A stretch of DNA of 64,000 bases. It comes from Bradymonadia bacterium (GTDB lineage Bacteria; Myxococcota_A; Bradymonadia; UBA7976; UBA1532). This document shows positions 43,101 to 51,711 of this stretch, piece after piece. Position numbers and translations under genes: made by a program. The notes under the pieces are model-generated. The model searched no databases. It saw only the letters and a list, made by a program, of their open reading frames with translations, and was not told the origin of the DNA. The stretch lies in the NCBI GenBank assembly GCA_046290225.1, contig JBKAGE010000078.1, positions 416,001 to 480,000 on the forward strand, written 5' to 3'. Position 1 is the first letter of the stretch. Each line of letters starts with the position of its first letter.

Positions 43101-44052
43101 CGGCTTCGGCGAGATCTACTTCGCCAACCTGCGCACCCGCGCAGTGCGCCGCATCACTGATGATCCCGGGGGTCAGTACCACCCGGTCATCGACGGCAAG
43201 TGGATCGTGTGGGCCGACAACCGCGATGGAGACTTCGACCTCTACGGCTTCAACCTGAAGCGTGGTGTGGAAGTCGCCCTCACCGACACGGCCATCAACG
43301 AGACCCGCCCCCACATCAACGACGGCTGGGTGACCTTCGAGGCCGACACCGCCTCGGTGGAGTACACCGACTTGCGGATGATGAACCTGGGCAACCTGGC
43401 CACCATCCAGCTGACCAACACCCCCTCCGAGAAGGAGAAGCCGGTCCACGCCGACGGCGAGCTGGTGTGGGTGGATCATCGCTCTGGCAAGCGCGATGTC
43501 ATGCACGGCGCCCTGCCCAACCTGCAGGCGGTGTACAACAACAAGAACGCTGTGGCCCTCACCGCGGGCCTCATCGCCCGAGCCAGCACTGCCCATGAGC
43601 TGCTGGCCCTGTGGCAGGCAGAGGCCGGGGTGACCGCCCTGACCCGCTACACCACCCTGCTGCCCTCGCCGGCAGCGGAGGAGGTCCGGTGGGAGAACGG
43701 CGCCCCTGTGGGCGACGACTTCAACCTCGAGGCGGGCAGCTTCCTCTGGGTGGAATTCGCCGACGGCCGCGTGGTGGACCTCATCGACGATCCCTGTAAC
43801 GCCCCGAGCCTCTCTGCTGGGGTGAACGCCTTCGGCTTCGCCTGCTTCCCCGACGACTACTCGGCTTGGCAGCTGGTCCGGGAGCTGGGGGCGGCGAACG
43901 TCAACGCGGTGCGGATGCTCGACTCGGCCACGGGCCGCTGGGTGAGCTCCGCCGTCGTCGGTGGGCAGCTCGCCGGTGACGACTTCGCCATCCCCCGGGT
44001 GGCGGTGGTGATGTTGGACATGGCAGCCCCGGTTGCGGAGTGGAACCCATGA
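40132..44052 (+). CDS. Large secreted protein with Ig-like/FlgD-Ig domains and beta-propeller repeats
   Basis: GTGATG overlap with the upstream stop; signal peptide ending LPAQA; FVWDARNDDG..VSSGWY (FlgD-Ig-like); repeats VVWQDRQADGNYDIW, IVWQDFRDAGFGEIY, IVWADNRDGDFDLY. Confidence 0.85.
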   Translation: MMRRLTLIFVLLCLSLPAQAARQFDGVCSVVKMEILQELTLERIGFLATLEITNNESDASITDFSAALTFQVEDENGELVEAADLFFVQAPELRGVRSIDGTGVIRPGETATISWFIIPTITAGGTDANGINYNVGALLGGSLLGEPIDPDTLAVIPDTITVRPEPQLEILYFQPRDVQGDNPFTPNVESPIPFTLGVRVKNVGYGTARKLKIASEQPRIVENEGGLLLVPQLLGARVDDDPLDNSTLTVDLGNIEPSSCRKASWDMITSLSGEFTEFEASYTHDLDLGGGRDISVITAIDAHFMVAEVLNDQPGRDSLLDFLATTDDNTRELIPDTLFESDCNTLPVNHLQDVELLEFANLTARIRVNVDVANHIFFRLDDPGQARYDIVRVTRSDGKVLDSHNSWTNMRYREEDNARLEYLNVFDFAPLGEYEYLVEFSAPEVDLAPPVSQMLFSGPREEVGGINYITPETQMLFLVEDASPVSSYYRLDGGDTLPGFPFTVPASGAHVVEFWAEDASGNIEDVQRADLFVTVDDPALAGVATSTGEVFTGGNSVTVRPEQVEVSFDGQTQGATFTTSAEVYRGVYAFPTLAGTPSSPTRDTVASLTVGGHLVDFYQYRVGVEDWSDERPVDQVIELENLSGTVIVSVRGRSQHSTEWNTAEQTVTWEVNPLAPLTAISGTPASPSRTGDATFTVSNVELYRWRFPGSFYRAEAAPSVVVNLNQLDDGQQALDVIGRNGGQWQDEEAPTFVNWRVDRLYGTRLPADARVRHEALGDAERFVWDARNDDGVPVSSGWYSIKITMTDGLGRETAQIVPVRVGDLLPDGEAVSYSGAASQREAYASGRWAVWSDQRLGDWDIWYRPLDVDAPGAPLLVKALNQERPHTDGRYVVWQDRQADGNYDIWIKPIEGGEATAITSTAGQNETRPVVSWPWVVYQSQSVADQNNPTQLFAHNIQQQETFQVDPTDWNQADPRIDGDRIVWQDFRDAGFGEIYFANLRTRAVRRITDDPGGQYHPVIDGKWIVWADNRDGDFDLYGFNLKRGVEVALTDTAINETRPHINDGWVTFEADTASVEYTDLRMMNLGNLATIQLTNTPSEKEKPVHADGELVWVDHRSGKRDVMHGALPNLQAVYNNKNAVALTAGLIARASTAHELLALWQAEAGVTALTRYTTLLPSPAAEEVRWENGAPVGDDFNLEAGSFLWVEFADGRVVDLIDDPCNAPSLSAGVNAFGFACFPDDYSAWQLVRELGAANVNAVRMLDSATGRWVSSAVVGGQLAGDDFAIPRVAVVMLDMAAPVAEWNP

Positions 44053-44753
44053 AGAATCTTCTGATTTTCGCGTTGCTGATGTTGCCGTGCGCCGCCGAGG
44101 CCATGACCGTTGACGAGCTGCGCGCTCTCCAAGAAGAGCACGCCCGGGTCATCGTCATCGACGTGCGCTCACCCTACATGTTCTCTCAGGGGCACATCCC
44201 CGGAGCCCTGAACATCCCCGCGGGCGAGCTCGCAGAGAAGCGCTTGCCCCAGCTGGGCCAGGTGGTGGTCTACGGCGACGGCATCCACGTCGATGCGGTG
44301 GACCAGGCCGTGACCGCCCTCAACAACAAAGAGGGCATCCAAGCAGAAGCCCTCGTGGGCGGCTTTCCTACCTGGGAAGGCCGCAACGGGATCACCACCC
44401 ACGCAGCGGGCATGGAGAGCCACCATGCCAAGACGCTCGACTACAAGCAGCTCAAGGCCTTGTCCACGGACCGCCCGGTCATCCTGGTGGACCTGCGCAA
44501 GCATCGGACCAACCTGCGCCGGCACTTCCCTCAGGGGCGGATGCAGTACACCTTGCCGCGCCGCGTCGACGACAGCGGTGAGATCCTCTACGTGATCATC
44601 GACGACGGTGACGGTCGCGCCGAGAAGGCCGCCCGCAAGCTGAAGGCCATGGGCACCCCCCGGGTGGCCATCCTCTCTGGTGGCGCCCACGCCATCCGCA
44701 GCGAGGGCCGCCCGCAACGCAAGATCATCCGCCCGAGGGGGGAGCAGCAGTGA
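44049..44753 (+). CDS. Secreted double rhodanese-fold protein lacking the catalytic Cys
   Basis: ATGA overlap; signal peptide; IDVRS...GHIPGALNIP, LVGGFPTW, second domain LVDLR...ILSGG; VVVYG where active rhodaneses have Cys. Confidence 0.8.
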   Translation: MKNLLIFALLMLPCAAEAMTVDELRALQEEHARVIVIDVRSPYMFSQGHIPGALNIPAGELAEKRLPQLGQVVVYGDGIHVDAVDQAVTALNNKEGIQAEALVGGFPTWEGRNGITTHAAGMESHHAKTLDYKQLKALSTDRPVILVDLRKHRTNLRRHFPQGRMQYTLPRRVDDSGEILYVIIDDGDGRAEKAARKLKAMGTPRVAILSGGAHAIRSEGRPQRKIIRPRGEQQ

Positions 44754-47700
44754 GCACCAAGATCGCAGCCATGAGTCTACGGATCGCCCTCAGCGTGGCG
44801 GCACTGACCTGCGTCGCGCCTCTGCACGCTCAGGCGCAAATCGCCATGGATGATGTGCAAGTGGTGGACGTGAGCCCCACCGGGTTCTCGGTGACCTTCA
44901 GCGCCGACGAAGGCGTGCCCCGCATCGCCATCTTTGCAGGCGACGTTGGCCAGGAAGCCGAGGTCAAGCTCTACGAGCACGAGTCGTGGCCTCTCGACTC
45001 GGGTGATCCCACCATCGTCGAGCCGTATGACCAGCGTACCTACCTCGCGGAGGTGCGTCAGGAGGCCGCCGCCCTCGGGCTGATGTGGGCCCGAGTGGAG
45101 GGCCTTGTCCCCGGTGAGACCTACAAGTACCGGGTGCTCACCGAGAGCCAGGGCGACAGCGGCACGTGGCCCGCTGATGGCAGCCTCGCCTCCATCACGT
45201 TGCCTGACGAGAACAAGTTCCTGTCTCACAGCACCGCCATCTGGCTGGGGCTGGATGACGACACCGCCCGAGGCTGGGTGATCACCGCCACCGCCCCGGG
45301 CGTCCTCTCCCCCGTCTCCGCCATCGCAGGTGACGGCGCTCCTCGGGGCAAGGCCTACATCAACCTCGCCGGCATGCTGATGCCCAATGGCGAGAGCTGG
45401 TCCCCCAACGGCGATCCCGTCACCCTGGAGGTCCAGCGCGGTGCGGGCCAGTCCAGCGCGGTGGTCGTGGACGTCGAGGCCTCCAACGGCTTCGCAGTCG
45501 GCGAAGTCATCGAGGTCCAGATCGGCGGCGCCATCTCCGCGGCCTTTGATCCTGTGGAGACCATCGTTCCTCAGCCCGACGCCCTCGACATCGACCTGGT
45601 GTTGAGCCACGTGTTGGAGGCCGACGTCCCCGTTCAGATCGCCCTGGCCAGCGATCCCCCCGGCGTGCTTTTCGACGACAGTGGTCTGCCGGACACCATC
45701 CCGGTCAACGACGAGATCGTGGCCCCTGTGGGTCTGACGCCGCCCGGACCCGGCGAGTACACCATCATCGCCACCATCACCCCCGACGAGGGCAACGCCA
45801 TCGCCACCTCGGCGACGGTCCGGTGGCTTGATCCTGCCCTGGCGCCCACCATCACCGCCATCAACTTCCCGTCGCCTGTCAACGAGGGCACCGGCTTCAC
45901 CCTCAGCGTAGAGGCTGATGATCCCAACGATGACGTCGCCACGCTCACCTATGCGCTGGATCAGGACAACGACGGCACCTTCGAGGTGAGTCAGACGGGT
46001 AACCCCGACTTCAACCTGCTCTTCGCCGACAATGGCAACATCACCGTCACCGTGGCGGTGATCGATCCCGAGGGTGGTCGTGTGGAGCAGGCTCAGCTTC
46101 TCGCTGTGCAGAACGTCGCCCCCACGGTGGACAACGTGGCGCCCGCAGTGGGCCAGGAAGGCCAGCCCTACGCCTTCGACCCTGTGGTCAGCGATCTGGG
46201 CACCGACACCTTCAGCTTCGCCTTCAACCGCGCCCCCGAGGGCGCCACCGTGGACGCCGACACCGGCGCCGTGCGGTGGACCCCCACCCTGGCCAACCGC
46301 CGGAACCGCGACACCACCTTCACCCTGGCGGTGAGCGATGATGATGGTGGCGTAGGCCTCTACACGTGGCAGGTGGATGTGAGCCTCATCGATGACAACG
46401 GTGACGGCGTGCCCGACACCTGCGCCGATGAGTTCAACCTCGCAGGCCCTGGTGATGATGATGGCGACGGCCGCTCCAACGCCTTGGAGTGCAGCGAGGG
46501 CGGCAACCCCCTCGCTGGCAGCCTCCCCACGGCGCCGGTGACCATCCGCCCCCGCAACTGCCCCACCGTGGCTGAGCGCCCCACCCTGGAGATCGAGGCC
46601 AGCTCGGATCCGGAGAACGACGCCCTCACCTACACCTTCCAGATCCTGTTCGACGCCCCCGACGTCCAGAACGCCGACGATCTCGACGTGGCGGCGGAGA
46701 TCACGGGCATCGATGCCCTCACCTGGGCGCCTGATGCCGATCTCGCGGATGGCTTCTACCACTGGCGTGCTCGGGCCAACGACGGCGTGGGCGATGGTCC
46801 CTGGAGCGTGGTGGAGCAGTTCACCGTCAACCTGCAGGCAGCCTGTGGTTGCCCCATCGGTCAGCCTGACCTCGACGGCGACGGCATCTGTCAGGACGTG
46901 GACAACTGCCCCGGAACCCCAAACCCCGATCAGACGGATGACAACGGCGACGGCTTCGGCGACGCCTGCGTGAGCCCCTCTGCCGACATCGATCCCACCG
47001 CCATTCTCGGCGAGGGCATCGTCATCGGTGAGAACGCCGAGATCGGGCCCTTCGCTCGGGTGGACGACGGCGCTCGGGTCATGGGCACCATGGGCTCCAG
47101 CTCTCGCCTCGGCGCCGGCTCGGTCCTCAGCGCAGGCTCGAGCCTGAGCAACGGCGCTCAGATCGGTGACAACGTGGGCATCGGCACCGGCACCAGCATC
47201 GGCACCATCACGCGCATTGGCGACGGCGCCACCGTGGGTGACGGCGTCACCATCGGGGCCCAGGTCAACATCGGCGCCGGCGCTGTCATCCCCGATGGCG
47301 TGCAGATGGGACAGATCATTCAGGTGGGGGCCAACACCCAGCTGGGCGGTGGCTGTGTTGTGGGCGATAACGTCATCATCGGCGCCAACGGCACGATGGG
47401 GGCTGGCTGCACGATCGAGTCGAACGCCCGCGTGGGCAACGATTTCGTCTTCGGCGCCGCCGTGCACATCGAGGCCAACGCTGTGGTCGACGACGAGGCG
47501 AACTTTGGTGAGGGTACCCGCGTGGGCGACTACGCCTTCGTGGGTCGCAACGCTCACCTCGCTGCCGGTACCACCCTCTCCTCTGGCGCCACCCTCGGCG
47601 AAGACGCCAATGTCGGCGCCAACTCCGAGATCCGCGGCGCCCTGGGCAACGGTGTGACCTTGGGTGAGGACTGCTTCGTGGGGAACCAGAGCAGCCTCGC

Positions 47701-48223
47701 CGACAGCTGCACCTTCGGCGACCGCGTCACCACCGGCATCTTCGTGAGCCTCGACGCGCGCTGCGACATCGGCGAAGACACTGCCATCTACGACGGGGTC
47801 GTCCTTGGCGCCGATGCAACGATCGGTGCCCGCGGCATCGTCTTGTTCCGGACCAACATCGGCGCCCGAGCCAACATCGGCAACGACACCATCGTCGACG
47901 CGCAGATCACCATCGGCACCGACTTCAGCCTGGGCAACAACAGTCGTCTGTGGCCCCGCTCGACCTACGGCAACACCGTCACCATCGGCAACAACGTGCT
48001 GATTCGCGACACCGCCGACGTAGGCGACGACGTCACCATCGAAGACGACGTCATCATCTTCCCCAGCACCACCATCGGCGACGACGCTACGATCCGCCAG
48101 GGTGTGGGCATTGGCGTAGCAAACTGCAGCAACCGTGTTTGCGGTCAGGTCACCATCGGCGAGTGCGCCGATGTCGACGCCGATATGTCCCCCCGCAGCA
48201 ACCGAGAGAGCGCCTGCAACTGA
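44750..48223 (+). CDS. Secreted protein with FN3/PKD/Ig domains, thrombospondin type 3-like repeat and long C-terminal hexapeptide (left-handed beta-helix) domain
   Basis: GTGA overlap; signal peptide; DLDGDGICQDVDNCPGTPNPDQTDDNGDGFGDAC; [IV]Gxxxx hexads from ~46970 to the end. Confidence 0.85.
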   Translation: MSTKIAAMSLRIALSVAALTCVAPLHAQAQIAMDDVQVVDVSPTGFSVTFSADEGVPRIAIFAGDVGQEAEVKLYEHESWPLDSGDPTIVEPYDQRTYLAEVRQEAAALGLMWARVEGLVPGETYKYRVLTESQGDSGTWPADGSLASITLPDENKFLSHSTAIWLGLDDDTARGWVITATAPGVLSPVSAIAGDGAPRGKAYINLAGMLMPNGESWSPNGDPVTLEVQRGAGQSSAVVVDVEASNGFAVGEVIEVQIGGAISAAFDPVETIVPQPDALDIDLVLSHVLEADVPVQIALASDPPGVLFDDSGLPDTIPVNDEIVAPVGLTPPGPGEYTIIATITPDEGNAIATSATVRWLDPALAPTITAINFPSPVNEGTGFTLSVEADDPNDDVATLTYALDQDNDGTFEVSQTGNPDFNLLFADNGNITVTVAVIDPEGGRVEQAQLLAVQNVAPTVDNVAPAVGQEGQPYAFDPVVSDLGTDTFSFAFNRAPEGATVDADTGAVRWTPTLANRRNRDTTFTLAVSDDDGGVGLYTWQVDVSLIDDNGDGVPDTCADEFNLAGPGDDDGDGRSNALECSEGGNPLAGSLPTAPVTIRPRNCPTVAERPTLEIEASSDPENDALTYTFQILFDAPDVQNADDLDVAAEITGIDALTWAPDADLADGFYHWRARANDGVGDGPWSVVEQFTVNLQAACGCPIGQPDLDGDGICQDVDNCPGTPNPDQTDDNGDGFGDACVSPSADIDPTAILGEGIVIGENAEIGPFARVDDGARVMGTMGSSSRLGAGSVLSAGSSLSNGAQIGDNVGIGTGTSIGTITRIGDGATVGDGVTIGAQVNIGAGAVIPDGVQMGQIIQVGANTQLGGGCVVGDNVIIGANGTMGAGCTIESNARVGNDFVFGAAVHIEANAVVDDEANFGEGTRVGDYAFVGRNAHLAAGTTLSSGATLGEDANVGANSEIRGALGNGVTLGEDCFVGNQSSLADSCTFGDRVTTGIFVSLDARCDIGEDTAIYDGVVLGADATIGARGIVLFRTNIGARANIGNDTIVDAQITIGTDFSLGNNSRLWPRSTYGNTVTIGNNVLIRDTADVGDDVTIEDDVIIFPSTTIGDDATIRQGVGIGVANCSNRVCGQVTIGECADVDADMSPRSNRESACN

Positions 48224-48713
48224 TGCTCTCCAGCCGTCTCGGAGACGGTGTGCGTTGAGTCAGACGGCTGCCCAAGCCGCTTCAACACATCTGACATCCC
48301 ACCCCTATACAGAGCACAACACTCTTTCCCAGCCTGCATCTGCCATCCCACTTTCAGAGGGTGGGTGAGCATGGGCAACCATGCCCCAGTGCACGCACTC
48401 ACGGGCCTCATTTCCGGGGCGTGGAATGTGCACCACAGCGCTCTATGGCCTCTGATGAGCCCCAATTGTGCAGCTGTGCACGATTCACATGGACACATCC
48501 GTGTGACGTCGGCGCTCACACAGTGAAGCCGTACACACCTGAAAACAAAAGCCTTCTACACCAATCGGTGTGACTGAGCCCACATTCACCACAGCTCACC
48601 ACACGATATCCGGTTGCCTGAATGTGCATTCATTCACAACAATCCACCACAGCTCAGGGCGCCCGGCATGGGCATCCACAGCACACATCATCGTTCTCCA
48701 AAGGAGGCCCGAC

Positions 48714-49409
48714 ATGGCTGAAGTCATCACGCTCGGCACGCGACTGAAAGGCATCTTGAAGGAGCGTGGTCGCTCCCAGACCTGGCTCGCCGAGAAGACC
48801 GGCATCGATCGCAGCGAGATCAACCGCATCTTGAACGGCCGCAAGGCCCCCCGCGGGGAGCACCTGCGCTGGATGGCCACGGCCCTGGGCATGGACGTCG
48901 ATCAACTCGTGGGCGACGCTCAGATTCCCCAGGAGACCGTCCGCGAGGCCGAGCGTCTCCAGTCGGTCATGGAGAAGAAGCTGCTCGCCGAGAGCGAGCG
49001 GGACATCGCCCTCGCTCGGGTGAAGAGCCTCGAGGCTCAGCTCGAAGCCGAGACTCAGCGGCGCATCTCTGCGGAAGCAGAGTTGGAGACCATCAAGAGC
49101 GAGCAGGCCGAGACCACCGAGATCAACCGCAGCCTGCGCAACAGCATTGATGGCATGAAGGAAGCCCGCCAGAAGCTCGCCGGGTACGCTGAGCTGCTCA
49201 AGCAGCAGCGAGACAACGCTCAGGCGGCCCTCGACGAGGCCCGCAGCTGGATTCAGCGTCTGTCCGCCGAGCACTCCGCTCAGGAGAGCTGGAACACCTT
49301 CCTCGGCCGCTTCGATCGCTTCTTCAACACGTCGTTCTCTCAGAGCGGCAACGAAGACGCCGAGCCCACCGAAGACGAGCAGCTCAACGGCGCCGCCGCT
49401 CAGGGCTGA
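48714..49409 (+). CDS. XRE/Cro-family HTH regulator with long C-terminal coiled coil
   Basis: RBS AAGGAGG then ATG 48714; LGTRLKGILKERGRSQTWLAEKTGIDRSEINRILNG; heptad-rich remainder. Confidence 0.85.
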   Translation: MAEVITLGTRLKGILKERGRSQTWLAEKTGIDRSEINRILNGRKAPRGEHLRWMATALGMDVDQLVGDAQIPQETVREAERLQSVMEKKLLAESERDIALARVKSLEAQLEAETQRRISAEAELETIKSEQAETTEINRSLRNSIDGMKEARQKLAGYAELLKQQRDNAQAALDEARSWIQRLSAEHSAQESWNTFLGRFDRFFNTSFSQSGNEDAEPTEDEQLNGAAAQG

Positions 49410-49425
49410 GCTCAGCCCCCAGAGC

Positions 49426-51042
49426 TCACAGGCCCAACCCCACCAGCACCGTGTCGATGCCGAACCGATCATCCCGCCGCTCGGGATAGTCGGTGGTGAA
49501 ATGCAGGCCTCGGCTCTCCTTTCGGAGCATGGCCGAGCGAATGGTCAACTCCGCCACGAGAGCGAGGTTGCGCAGCTCGAGCAGATCCGGCGTCACCACG
49601 TAGTTCCAGTAGTACTCGTGGATCTCTTCTTGGAGCAGCTCGACGCGTCGACGGGCCCGGGCCAGGCGGCGATCGCTGCGCACGATGCCCACGTAGTTCC
49701 ACATGAACCGGCGGATCTCCTTCCAGTTCTGCAGAATGAGCACGCCCTCGTCGGTCTCTCGGGCGTCGCCTACGTCCCACGAAGGGATCTGCGCAGCCCG
49801 GGCGAGGGCCTTGCGGTGTTGCTGCGCATGATCTGCGGCACGTGTGGCAAAAACCGCCCCTTCGAGCAGGCTGTTGCTGGCGAGGCGGTTGGCGCCGTGC
49901 AAACCCGTACACGCCACCTCTCCGATGGCGTAGAGTCCCTGGATGCTCGTCTGCCCGTGTGCGTCGGTCTGCACGCCTCCGCACATGTAGTGGGCCGCAG
50001 GGACCACAGGGACCGCCTCGGTGCGCATATCGATGCCCAGAGCGAGGCACCGGCCATGAATGTTGGGGAACCGCTCCGCGAGGAAGGCGCCATCTTCTGC
50101 GGTCATGTCGAGCAGGACGTGCTGCTCGCCGCTCTTCTTGAGCTCGTTGTCGATGGCTCGGGCCACCACGTCTCGCGGGGCGAGGCTGGCGAGTGCGTGG
50201 TAGTCCTCCATGAAGGAGGTGCCATCGCGACGCCGCAAAATGCCCCCTTCCCCCCGCAACGCTTCGCTGATCAGGAAGCTGTTGGCCTTGGGGTGAAACA
50301 GGCAGGTGGGGTGGAACTGGAAGAACTCCAGGTTGGCGATGTTGGCCCCTGCCCTCCACGCCATGGCCACCCCATCACCCGTGGCCACGTCGGGGTTGCT
50401 GGTGAACTTGTAGAGCTTGCCCGCTCCACCGGTGGCGAGCACCGTGACATCGGCGTGGATCAGCTCCACACGTCGGTTGTCCACGTCGAGCACGTAGGCG
50501 CCGAGGCAGGTGTTGACGCCACCTTCGCTGAGGTGCTTCCGGGTGGTGATGAGATCGACACCGTGGAAGTCGTCAAGGATCCGAATGTTCGGGTGAGCCT
50601 CGCAGGCCGCCACCATGGCCTTCTGGATCGCCTGGCCGGTGATGTCACCGGCGTGAAGCACCCGTCGGTGGCTGTGGCCGCCCTCTTTGCCCAAGTCGTA
50701 GTCGCCGTCAGCGCCAAGATCGAAGACCACGCCAAAGCGCTCGAGACGCTTGATGGCAGCAGGGCCCTCTTCAACGCAGAGCTGAACGATATGGGGCTTG
50801 CACAACCCTGCACCCGCGGTGAGCGTGTCCTGGACATGGGCGTCGAAAGAGTCATCGTCGCCGAGGACGCTGCTGATGCCACCTTGGGCGTAGCGTGTGT
50901 TCGCCTCCTGCCGACTGCGCTTGGTGGCGATGATCACCTGCCCCTCGTCTGCAGCTTCGAGGGCGAACATCAATCCGCTGATGCCGCTGCCGAGGACGAG
51001 GTAGTCAGTCTTGATGGGAGGGCGAGGCTGATTCTGGCTCAT
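49426..51042 (-). CDS. nadB: L-aspartate oxidase
   Basis: GSGISG, YAQGGI, EGGHSHRR, QFHPT, LISEALRGEG, AAHYMCGG, HGANRLASNSLLE, ESRGLH. Confidence 0.96.
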   Translation of the reverse strand: MSQNQPRPPIKTDYLVLGSGISGLMFALEAADEGQVIIATKRSRQEANTRYAQGGISSVLGDDDSFDAHVQDTLTAGAGLCKPHIVQLCVEEGPAAIKRLERFGVVFDLGADGDYDLGKEGGHSHRRVLHAGDITGQAIQKAMVAACEAHPNIRILDDFHGVDLITTRKHLSEGGVNTCLGAYVLDVDNRRVELIHADVTVLATGGAGKLYKFTSNPDVATGDGVAMAWRAGANIANLEFFQFHPTCLFHPKANSFLISEALRGEGGILRRRDGTSFMEDYHALASLAPRDVVARAIDNELKKSGEQHVLLDMTAEDGAFLAERFPNIHGRCLALGIDMRTEAVPVVPAAHYMCGGVQTDAHGQTSIQGLYAIGEVACTGLHGANRLASNSLLEGAVFATRAADHAQQHRKALARAAQIPSWDVGDARETDEGVLILQNWKEIRRFMWNYVGIVRSDRRLARARRRVELLQEEIHEYYWNYVVTPDLLELRNLALVAELTIRSAMLRKESRGLHFTTDYPERRDDRFGIDTVLVGLGL

Positions 51043-51078
51043 CTTCTTGCTCCACCGGCCCTCAGGCGGGGTGAACGT

Positions 51079-51711
51079 CTATTCGGAAACCTGAGCGTCC
51101 GGGCCGTCACCCTCGCCACGCTTGGCGTCGAGGGCCTGGAAGAAGCCGCGGAAGTACCCAAAGGCGCTGGTCAGGCTGAAGAAGACCGACCCCCACATCA
51201 CGATGATGCCCACGCGGTGAAAGTCGACGGTGGCGTCGTACAGACCGAAGAAGGACAGCTCGTAAGGGTAGTGCACCACCAGACACATAATGCCCATCAT
51301 CTGCAGGGCGGTCTTGTACTTCCCCAATTGCCCTGCGGCGATGACGAGCCCTTCGTTGATGGCCATGGCCCGTAAGCCCGTAATCGTGATCTCTCGAGCC
51401 AGGATGATGACCACCAGAGAAGCCGGCACCCGATAGAGAGGCACCAGCATCACCAGCATGGCCATGACCATCAGCTTGTCGGCGAGGGGGTCGAGGAACT
51501 TCCCCATGACAGTGACCAGCCCCTGGCGTCGTGCGAGCCACCCGTCGAGGAAGTCGGTGATGCTCGCAGCAGAGTAGACATAGCCAGCCCAGACGCAGTC
51601 TTCGGGAGAGCCTTGCCAGATGAGGGCCATGACCACGGGAATCGCCGCCACGCGGGCCAGGGTCAACAGATTGGGGAGGTTGAGGAGCTCGGCCTTGAGG
51701 GTGGACTTCAT
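51079..51711 (-). CDS. pgsA: CDP-diacylglycerol--glycerol-3-phosphate 3-phosphatidyltransferase
   Basis: NLPNLLTLAR, TDFLDGWLAR, GKFLDPLADK, GKYKT. Confidence 0.93.
   Translation of the reverse strand: MKSTLKAELLNLPNLLTLARVAAIPVVMALIWQGSPEDCVWAGYVYSAASITDFLDGWLARRQGLVTVMGKFLDPLADKLMVMAMLVMLVPLYRVPASLVVIILAREITITGLRAMAINEGLVIAAGQLGKYKTALQMMGIMCLVVHYPYELSFFGLYDATVDFHRVGIIVMWGSVFFSLTSAFGYFRGFFQALDAKRGEGDGPDAQVSE

Noticed and set aside
20384..47557. Very long antisense ORFs (e.g. 20384..23767, 27272..29818, 40543..43596, 44777..47557) and similar ones opposite rpsA, nadB and the Lon-like gene
   Set aside because: Shadow ORFs caused by high-GC codon bias of the sense genes; V/D/G/A-rich translations with no recognisable motifs.
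18415..48476. Shared 10-mer TGTGCAGCTG at both ends of the accessory block (18415 and 48467)
   Set aside because: A 10-bp match between two spacers of several hundred bp can arise by chance, and the flanks do not align.
48424..48700. CRISPR array
   Set aside because: Repeats are only 7-12 bp and irregularly spaced, and there are no cas genes.
18254..49425. Integrative element or prophage at tRNA-Gly
   Set aside because: No integrase, transposase or phage gene seen, and no duplicated tRNA 3' end found by eye near 48224-49425.
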